Source: Henriciella sp. (GTDB lineage: Bacteria; Pseudomonadota; Alphaproteobacteria; Caulobacterales; Hyphomonadaceae). From it: 64,000 nt of DNA. The notes beneath the pieces are model-generated. The model did no database searches. It had not been told where the DNA came from and worked only from the letters and a program-made list of their open reading frames with translations. The stretch spans positions 13,059 through 77,058 of the forward strand of contig JAEPOM010000015.1 of assembly GCA_017642885.1 (NCBI GenBank). The letters run 5' to 3'. Position numbers and translations under genes: made by a program. Positions 57,230 to 64,000 of the stretch are shown in pieces. How positions within the stretch are numbered: the stretch's first letter is position 1; each line of letters opens with the position of its first letter.

Positions 57230-58217
57230 TTGGCAACATGGCGGCGCGATTGATCGCATGAAAACGGAGTTTCCCCAGGCGCCCACCCCTTGGATCGATC
57301 TCTCTACCGGCATCAATCCGTGGCCATATCGAGGAAGCGGTATGGACGCGGAAGTTTACGATCGGCTTCCAACTCAGGCGGCGTTCACCAATTGTCGAAA
57401 TGCTCTTTCTGAAGCAACCAATGCGCCCCCCGAGAGCATCTGCCTCGCGCCCGGAAGTGAATTGCTCATTCGGCTGCTGCCGCATCTTCTATCCTGTCGG
57501 CGGGTTGCAATTCTCGACCCGAGCTATGGCGATTATTCTGAGGTTTGGCGGCACGCTGGAAGCGACGTGATTGAAACCGAGGACCCTCTATCGCTTGCAG
57601 ACAGTGTCGATGCGGTCATCGTCTGCAATCCCAACAATCCGAACGGGCGCGTGTTCGATGCGGGGCCCCTTCTCCGCGCGCGAGAAAGACTCGCCGCTCG
57701 AGGTGGATGGCTCATCGTCGACGAGGCTTATTGCGACCTCACGCCCAGCCGGAGTTTAGCCGCGCATGGCGGCGCCGAAGGTTTGATCATCTTGCGTTCG
57801 TTTGGAAAATTCTACGGCCTACCGGGCTTGCGATTGGGCGCCATTATGGCGCCTGTAGACCTGTTAAAGCGGGTGTCGCAACTATTCGGTGCCTGGCCAG
57901 TTTCAAGCGCAGCGCTGCAAATCGGGGCAGAGGCGTTTCGTGACCAAGCCTGGCAGCGAGATACGCGCGCTATGTTGCAATCCGCCCGGCAGGCTCTCGA
58001 CCTGGTTCTTGAGTCTAACTCAATGCGAGTGATCGGAGGGACTGACCTGTTTCGCCTTATTCAGGCTGATAATGCCGACGAAACCTGGCGGCATCTGGCG
58101 CAAGCCGGACTGTATGTTCGGCACTTCGAAAACATGCCCGCTCACTTGAGGATCGGCCTTCCCGTAAATGAGATCCAACTGGCGCGTCTGAATGAGGCGC
58201 TCAGCCTTTTAGCTTGA
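57219..58217 (+). CDS. Threonine-phosphate decarboxylase (PLP-dependent; CobC in aerobic nomenclature)
   Basis: HGG, DLSTGINP, CNPNNPNG, VDEAY, RSFGKFYGLPGLRLG. Confidence 0.92.
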   Translation: MRPDWQHGGAIDRMKTEFPQAPTPWIDLSTGINPWPYRGSGMDAEVYDRLPTQAAFTNCRNALSEATNAPPESICLAPGSELLIRLLPHLLSCRRVAILDPSYGDYSEVWRHAGSDVIETEDPLSLADSVDAVIVCNPNNPNGRVFDAGPLLRARERLAARGGWLIVDEAYCDLTPSRSLAAHGGAEGLIILRSFGKFYGLPGLRLGAIMAPVDLLKRVSQLFGAWPVSSAALQIGAEAFRDQAWQRDTRAMLQSARQALDLVLESNSMRVIGGTDLFRLIQADNADETWRHLAQAGLYVRHFENMPAHLRIGLPVNEIQLARLNEALSLLA

Positions 58218-58710
58218 TCGGCAGGCCCGCGGCGACAAATTCAACCGTGTCGCAAACGTCTGCGACCCGTTGATTGAGCCGCCCTTGAGCATCGCGGAAG
58301 GCGCGCCCCAAAGGAGTTTCAGGCACCAGGCCCAGGCCGACTTCATTCGATACCAGGATGATGGATCCAGTGTGCTCATTCAGGTGCGCGCATAACCGCT
58401 CTGTCTCGAGGTCTACGTCCCGGTCGTGATGCATCAGATTTGATAACCACAACGTCAGACAATCGACGACGCAAACCTTATCCGGCACGTCATCGCGCGA
58501 GAGCGCCTCAACAAGCTTTAATGGCGCTTCGATCGTGTCCCAGCCAAGATTGCGTTCCGACTTGTGGCGCAGAATTCGCGCCTTCATCTCGTCATCAAGT
58601 GGCTCAGCCGTCGCAACGAATGCACGTTGCGTGTTCAGGCTTTCGGCAAGCTGCAGGGCGCGCCGGCTTTTTCCGGACCGCGCGCCCCCGAGAATGAATG
58701 TGCTTGGCAT
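58201..58710 (-). CDS. cobU: Adenosylcobinamide kinase / guanylyltransferase (CobU/CobP)
   Basis: ILGGARSGKSRRA, FVATAEP.DDEM..RI..H, VDCLTLWLSN, VSNEVGLG. Confidence 0.96.
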   Translation of the reverse strand: MPSTFILGGARSGKSRRALQLAESLNTQRAFVATAEPLDDEMKARILRHKSERNLGWDTIEAPLKLVEALSRDDVPDKVCVVDCLTLWLSNLMHHDRDVDLETERLCAHLNEHTGSIILVSNEVGLGLVPETPLGRAFRDAQGRLNQRVADVCDTVEFVAAGLPIKLKG

Positions 58711-58731
58711 GAGCGATCGATCTACCGGCGG

Positions 58732-60228
58732 CTACTGCATCGTCGGAATGATGAAAGCCTGATCGCCAATATCACCTTCTGGCCAGCGCGAGGTGACCGT
58801 CTTGATCTTGGTCCAGAAGCGGACGCCCTCTGGCCCATGCTGATTCGTGTCGCCGAAGGCTGAGCGCTTCCAACCGCCAAATGTGTGATAGCTGACCGGC
58901 ACAGGGATCGGCACGTTTATGCCGACCATGCCGACATTCACCTGCGCCGCAAATTCGCGAGCGGCCCGGCCGTTTTGCGTGAAGATCGCGACACCGTTCC
59001 CATATTGATGGTTGGAAGGAAGACGAGCCGCCTCTTCAAGGCTTTCAGCGCGGACGACCTGCAGAACGGGTCCAAAGATCTCTTCTTCATAGCTTCTCAT
59101 ACCAGGTTTGACATGATCGAACAAAGATGGACCGACGAAATAGCCATTCTCGTGGCCTTGCAGTGTGTGGCCGCGCCCATCCAGTTTCAGATCCGCGCCT
59201 TCATCGACGCCCATCTGAATATAGTCCTCGACTTTGGCTTTGTGCGCCGCAGAAACCACCGGGCCATAATGCGCTTCAGTATCGGTGGAGACGCCGACTT
59301 TCAGGCCGCGAGCGGCGTCCAGCATGCGCTCGACAAACTCATCACCTGTCTTCTGACCAACCGTCACCGCAACCGGTAGCGCCATGCAGCGTTCGCCAGC
59401 CGAGCCGTAAGCGGCGCCGACAATATCTTTCACGGCCTGTTCCATATTACAGTCTGGAAGAATGATGCCGTGGTTCTTCGCGCCGCCCATGGCCTGAACG
59501 CGCTTACCGTGCGCTGTCCCCGTCGAATAGACATACTGAGCGATATCGGATGAGCCAACAAAGCTGACGGCTTTGATATCCGGGTGAGTCAGGATGGCGT
59601 CGACGCTTTCCTTATCGCCATTGACCATATTGAGCACACCTTCCGGGGCGCCTGCTTCACGGAACAATTCTACCAGACGCAGTGGCACGCTCGGATCTTT
59701 CTCCGACGGTTTGAGAATAAACGTGTTTCCGCAGGCAATCGCAACGGCGAACATCCAGCATGGAATCATCGCGGGGAAATTGAACGGGGTGATGCCTGCG
59801 ACAACGCCGAGCGGCTGCCGCATGGAGTAAACATCGATGCCGGGGCCTGCGCCTTCCGTGTATTCGCCCTTTTGCAAATGTGGGATGCCGCAAGCAAACT
59901 CGACCACGTCGATCCCGCGCTGCACGTCGCCCTTGGAGTCGGCGATGACTTTGCCGTGCTCTGAGGACAGCAACTCGGCAAGCTCATCCATATTGGCTTC
60001 GAGCAGACGTTTGAACTCATACATCACGCGGGCGCGGCGCTGCGGATTGGTGTTCGCCCAGCCAGGAAGCGCGGCTTTTGCATTCTCCACGGCTGCGGCC
60101 ACTTCATCGGTCGTAGCCAGCGCCACGCGAGCCTGAACCTCGCCCGTGTTTGGATTGTAGATATCGCCAAACCGGCCGGATGTGCCCGCCACCTGTTTGC
60201 CGCCAATAAAATGGCTCACTTCGCGCAT
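58732..60228 (-). CDS. mmsA: CoA-acylating methylmalonate-semialdehyde dehydrogenase
   Basis: GITPFNFPAMIP, SFVGS, GGAKNH, AGERCMA, EEIFGP, VGMVGINVPIPVP; gggaga RBS before MREVSHF. Confidence 0.95.
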   Translation of the reverse strand: MREVSHFIGGKQVAGTSGRFGDIYNPNTGEVQARVALATTDEVAAAVENAKAALPGWANTNPQRRARVMYEFKRLLEANMDELAELLSSEHGKVIADSKGDVQRGIDVVEFACGIPHLQKGEYTEGAGPGIDVYSMRQPLGVVAGITPFNFPAMIPCWMFAVAIACGNTFILKPSEKDPSVPLRLVELFREAGAPEGVLNMVNGDKESVDAILTHPDIKAVSFVGSSDIAQYVYSTGTAHGKRVQAMGGAKNHGIILPDCNMEQAVKDIVGAAYGSAGERCMALPVAVTVGQKTGDEFVERMLDAARGLKVGVSTDTEAHYGPVVSAAHKAKVEDYIQMGVDEGADLKLDGRGHTLQGHENGYFVGPSLFDHVKPGMRSYEEEIFGPVLQVVRAESLEEAARLPSNHQYGNGVAIFTQNGRAAREFAAQVNVGMVGINVPIPVPVSYHTFGGWKRSAFGDTNQHGPEGVRFWTKIKTVTSRWPEGDIGDQAFIIPTMQ

Positions 60229-60323
60229 CGCGCTTCTCCCGTGATCTTGCTTTAGCGCCATCCTATAGCGCGCTTTCTTGGTCGGCCAACACCTTCGCGG
60301 AAAAATCGGATGATCAAAAAGAA

Positions 60324-60350
60324 AAGGGCGACCCGATATGGGTCGCCCTT
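60324..60350 (-). terminator. Intrinsic terminator after the TonB receptor
   Basis: 11-bp perfect stem aagggcgaccc-gatat-gggtcgccctt followed on the minus strand by ttcttttt. Confidence 0.85.
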
Positions 60351-60390
60351 CGTCTTACGTCCCCCCGGCCCACGCCGGGATGTAAACGAG

Positions 60391-63390
60391 TTACCAGCGC
60401 TTGGACACCGTCACGCCATAAGTGCGCGGCTCTGTCAGGAACACGTTGGTAAACAGACCCGAACTATCATCGGTCAGGTAAGCACCGGTGATGACTTCTT
60501 CGTCTGTGATGTTCTTACCGAACACCTCAAGCGACCAGTCGTTCTCGGTGTTCACCAGCTGCAAGGACAGGTTCACATTGTCCCAGCTCTCCAGAACATC
60601 GCGATTGGTATTCCAGACGCGGCTGAAAGCATCTGCCTGGTAGTAATAGTCACCACGAAGACGGATGTCCCAAGCGTCGTTGAAGACACCTTCCCAAGTG
60701 TATTCAGCACCGAAGTTGAAAGTCGTTTCCGGTGTACCTGGAAGGGCATTACCATCAAGGTTTTTCGCTTCGCCATCGAACGGTGTCAGCGCGGAAGCTG
60801 TTTGCGTCACGCCGTTTGAGTCGACGTACGAGACAGTCGTTCCGGTTAAACCGAACGCACCTTCTGCAAACGCGATGTCGGTGGCTTGATCACCGCTGCC
60901 ACCGGTGGTTCCATTTGCGGAATCATAAACTCCGGCGGCAAATGCACCGCTACACAGCCCAAGCGTGGATCCAGCTAGTGTTGGATCCAGTGCAATGGCA
61001 CCGAGAACCGTCGCGTACCCTTGAGCAGACACGACGCAATTTGATGCGCCGATAAATTGCTTCAACGTGACGAGGTCGTTTCGTCCATTGGTGCGATCGA
61101 GTACATCGATACCAAAAGTGTCGACAACCTGAGCGTCCAGGAAGCCAAGGTTGGCATTGATCACAAAGGTCGAGGCAGGATTCCAGATGGTCTCGAGTTC
61201 CAGACCCTTGATCTCAGCGTCGACATTGAAGTTTGCGGAGCTTCGATTGACGATTTGCGAGATCTGATAGCCTTCATAATTGTAGAAGAACGCTGTGCCG
61301 TTGAGCTGCATCGCGCCACCAGCAACCGTATTTTTTGTCCCGATCTCGTAGGAATCTACAAATTCAGGATCGAACGCAGCAGGGAATGCTCCTGGGTTAT
61401 CGGCTGGTTGTGGTGGGTTGATACCGCCGCCCTTATAGCCCCGAGAATAGAACGCATAGAACAAGCTATCCTCAGACCAGCTCAGGTCGGGTGCCCAATC
61501 GACACCAATACGTCCCGTGGTTTCTTCAAATGCAGCCGATTCAATACCTGCGCCGGCGAGCGGGTCAGGATTTGTAAAAGCATCTACAGAAAGAAATGTT
61601 GGGATCCGAAGAACTTCTTTTTGATCATCGGTGTAACGTAAACCAACCGTCAAGGTCAGGTCATCTGTAATATCATAGTAGCCTTCGCCAAACAGCGCGA
61701 AACTGTCGAGTTGATAAGGTGTGATAGAACGGAAATATTGCCGCGAAACACCGTCGAGGTTTTCTATTGGCGTCGCGCCGACATTCGCGAAGTCTTCTAT
61801 TGGGAAAAGGATCGGACCACCAGCACCCGTTGATGCAGCATTAAAGATCTGATTGAACGCAGCCGACGTGTTGAAAAACACATAGTAGCTTTCCTGAAGA
61901 GCTGGCCCCTGATTGGTTTCGCCATCTACCTTGATCGCACCAAGGTTGAAGTTGAATGGCCCATCAAAATCAGATTGCAAGCGAAGCTCGTGAGTCGTCG
62001 CTTCAGAATCCGACCCGGAAATATCAGCCGCACCGTAAAAATTGCTCGCGCCAAGCTGTGGATCGCTAACCACGCCGCCTGGGAACAATAATGGGTACAA
62101 CGCCGCCACAGTCGCGCCACCGCCAACGGAAGCTGGGAACAACGCGGAGAATGGGCCGGCTGTTGTGTTGAACGGAACATCCGAAGACTGTTCGTTATAG
62201 TCTTCCTGCGAAATGTTCGTACGTTCATTATAGCTACCGAGATAAGTCGCGGTCAGATTATCCGTCAGGTCGAATTCAGCCTTCCACGTGAACAGCGTTT
62301 GTTCCGTTTCAAAAGTCGGATCGAACAAAGACTCGATGGCGCGCAGATCACCCGGGATGCCATCCGTGTTTGCATTCAGATTGATTGCATTACCAGTGGT
62401 TGGATCGATTCCGCCAATGAGGCCGGCAAGCAAACCGTATTGTGCGCCGAGAGTGGCTACATTATTCAGGCCTTCAAGAGATGCCGGCGCGGTGAGATAG
62501 TTATCAACACAACCTTGGCTGGTTACGATCTGATCAAACGCCGAGATGGCGATGCCGTTAAAGCTCGTACTAACTGGATCCTGGTCACAAAGCTGCTTCC
62601 CTGAGCGCAGACGCGAGTCGTCTTCATTGAAGTGCTCAACCATGAACAAACCGCGCAAACGGTCTGTTGGCTCAAACGCAAACGATGCCCGCAGAGAGTA
62701 AAGGTCGCGACTGTCGACATCATTACCGGTGGTGAGGTTGGTCACGTAGCCATCGCGAGACAAATACGACCCGGCAAGACGCAACGCAGCCTTTTCGCCA
62801 ACCGGCAGGTTCAACATACCTTTGGCTTTCACCGTATTGTGGTTGCCATAGGTGAGCTCTGCATCGGCTTGAAACTCTTCAAGTACTGGCTTGGCCGTGA
62901 TCACGTTGACCACACCGCCGGTCGCGTTCCGACCGTACAATGTTCCTTGTGGTCCGCGTAGAGATTCCACACGCTCCACATCGTAAAACTCGGCTTCGAA
63001 GAAGCTGTTTGTGAATAGCGGCACATCATTCATGTGGATACCGACACCGGCATCGGCGCTGGTTGTCACCGCATCGACTCCGATGCCGCGAATCCGGAAG
63101 TTGAACCCGCCAAAGTTGCCTTTGGTAAAGTTCACGTTGGGAATGGCTTTCACCAGGTCAGGGCCGCCGGCCAGTTGCATCGCGTCCAGCGAATCTGCAT
63201 CAAATGCGGACACCGCAATTGGAACATCCTGGATCGATTCCTCGGTTTTTTGCGTGGTCACAACCACCGTACCGAGTGTTCGCGCCTCCTCGTCCTGATC
63301 CTGCGCAACCGCGGTCGGTGCAGCCAGACTGAGCGCAAGCGCTGACGCACCTGCGAGCAAGACGGAATTCGAGCGTCGTGTGACTTTCAT
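60391..63390 (-). CDS. Large TonB-dependent receptor, substrate unknown
   Basis: Signal peptide; TonB box TVVVTTQKTEESIQDVPIAVSA; IRGIG; ESLRGPQGTLYGRNATGGVVN; C-terminal PRTYGVTVSKRW. Confidence 0.93.
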   Translation of the reverse strand: MKVTRRSNSVLLAGASALALSLAAPTAVAQDQDEEARTLGTVVVTTQKTEESIQDVPIAVSAFDADSLDAMQLAGGPDLVKAIPNVNFTKGNFGGFNFRIRGIGVDAVTTSADAGVGIHMNDVPLFTNSFFEAEFYDVERVESLRGPQGTLYGRNATGGVVNVITAKPVLEEFQADAELTYGNHNTVKAKGMLNLPVGEKAALRLAGSYLSRDGYVTNLTTGNDVDSRDLYSLRASFAFEPTDRLRGLFMVEHFNEDDSRLRSGKQLCDQDPVSTSFNGIAISAFDQIVTSQGCVDNYLTAPASLEGLNNVATLGAQYGLLAGLIGGIDPTTGNAINLNANTDGIPGDLRAIESLFDPTFETEQTLFTWKAEFDLTDNLTATYLGSYNERTNISQEDYNEQSSDVPFNTTAGPFSALFPASVGGGATVAALYPLLFPGGVVSDPQLGASNFYGAADISGSDSEATTHELRLQSDFDGPFNFNLGAIKVDGETNQGPALQESYYVFFNTSAAFNQIFNAASTGAGGPILFPIEDFANVGATPIENLDGVSRQYFRSITPYQLDSFALFGEGYYDITDDLTLTVGLRYTDDQKEVLRIPTFLSVDAFTNPDPLAGAGIESAAFEETTGRIGVDWAPDLSWSEDSLFYAFYSRGYKGGGINPPQPADNPGAFPAAFDPEFVDSYEIGTKNTVAGGAMQLNGTAFFYNYEGYQISQIVNRSSANFNVDAEIKGLELETIWNPASTFVINANLGFLDAQVVDTFGIDVLDRTNGRNDLVTLKQFIGASNCVVSAQGYATVLGAIALDPTLAGSTLGLCSGAFAAGVYDSANGTTGGSGDQATDIAFAEGAFGLTGTTVSYVDSNGVTQTASALTPFDGEAKNLDGNALPGTPETTFNFGAEYTWEGVFNDAWDIRLRGDYYYQADAFSRVWNTNRDVLESWDNVNLSLQLVNTENDWSLEVFGKNITDEEVITGAYLTDDSSGLFTNVFLTEPRTYGVTVSKRW

Positions 63391-63648
63391 AGATTTACTC
63401 CTCCCATGGCGCGGTGTTTTCATGGCGCCAAATATGATGTGTTTTCTGCGGATTTACGTTCTTTGCGCAAACCTCAAATCGATGACACGACGGGGAGTGC
63501 CCGCTTGTCAATGATTTACGCTGCGTCCGGTCGAAAAGTTCGCGGCGGTGTGTGACAAACTCCACAACCCCGAATGGACACAATTTCGCGATTCTTTCTA
63601 TGGAGATCGCGCTCGAGAATCCGCGAATCTTACTTCTTGAAGAGAAAA

Positions 63649-63694
63649 TGGTGCCCCCACACGGACTCGAACCGCGGACCTACTGATTACAAAT
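63649..63694 (-). other. 3' fragment of tRNA-Thr(UGU), attachment-site duplication
   Basis: Minus strand reads a-TTTGTAA-tcagtaggtccgcGGTTCGAGTCCgtgtgggggcACCA (anticodon loop to CCA); the 5' half of the tRNA is absent. Confidence 0.9.
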
Positions 63695-63812
63695 TTGAAA
63701 GCACACAATTCGACCGACCACTTTCAGGTACGTTGAGGTCTGCATTTATTACGAAAATTGCCAAACCGTAATGAACGATCTTCTATGCAGTACGTTCAAT
63801 TACGAGGTAGCT

Positions 63813-63833
63813 TGGTGCCCCGGTGGTGCCCCG
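63813..63833 (+). repeat. Tandem 10-bp repeat, candidate integrase arm-binding sites
   Basis: tggtgccccg at 63813 and 63824, between the att fragment and the integrase start. Confidence 0.55.
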
Positions 63834-63842
63834 AGGTCTACG

Positions 63843-64000
63843 ATGAAACAAAAACTCACCAAGCGTGTTATAGATAGCTTAAAGGCCAAAGATAAAGACT
63901 ACCGAATATTCGATACTGAGATCCCAGGCTTCCATGTCAGAGTGAAACCATCCGGTGCAAAAAGTTTCGCATTGAAGTATCGGTCCGCTGGTCGTCAACG
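63843..64000 (+). CDS. N-terminus of a tyrosine integrase with arm-binding domain, truncated by the window edge
   Basis: Hand translation: MKQKLTKRVIDSLKAKDKDYRIFDTEIPGFHVRVKPSGAKSFALKYRSAGRQ...; not in the ORF track. Confidence 0.88.
   Translation, partial: MKQKLTKRVIDSLKAKDKDYRIFDTEIPGFHVRVKPSGAKSFALKYRSAGRQ

Noticed and set aside
1-64000. CRISPR array, integron attC array, rRNA or intact tRNA
   Set aside because: No regularly spaced repeats, no integron integrase or attC-like palindromes between array genes, and only a partial tRNA was seen

Overview
Alphaproteobacterial DNA, probably a marine Hyphomonadaceae-like organism (inferred from protein families, not verified). It has three parts. 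(1) About 1-32.6 kb is accessory DNA. It holds a tandem array of paralogous single-pass membrane proteins with a constant N-terminus and variable C-terminus plus a TolB-like/TPR membrane protein, an intact Fic gene and a decayed Fic remnant. It also holds a 20-gene F-type conjugative T4SS operon (traA L E K B dsbC orf V C orf trbI trhF W U trbC N F H orf G) with no relaxase or coupling protein in the window, a divergent XRE regulator, a fifth array paralog and an HCCA-isomerase-like gene. An intact IS1111-type IS110 element, whose target and donor guides can be read in its 3' non-coding region, and a frameshifted P4-like integrase close this part. (2) About 32.6-63.4 kb is metabolic. It contains putR-putA and a linked glpK/glpD/sodium symporter/glpR/GH36 alpha-galactosidase/galT/galK locus with shared GlpR-like operators, which reads as a galactosylglycerol (floridoside-type) catabolic system. 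A riboswitch-split cobamide salvage and uptake cluster, mmsA and a large TonB-dependent receptor follow. (3) From 63.65 kb a second integrative element begins, marked by a tRNA-Thr(UGU) 3' fragment and the start of another integrase. No CRISPR array, rRNA or intact tRNA was seen. Start codons were adjusted from the ORF track where a ribosome-binding site or start/stop overlap supported it. All family assignments are by eye, with no database search.
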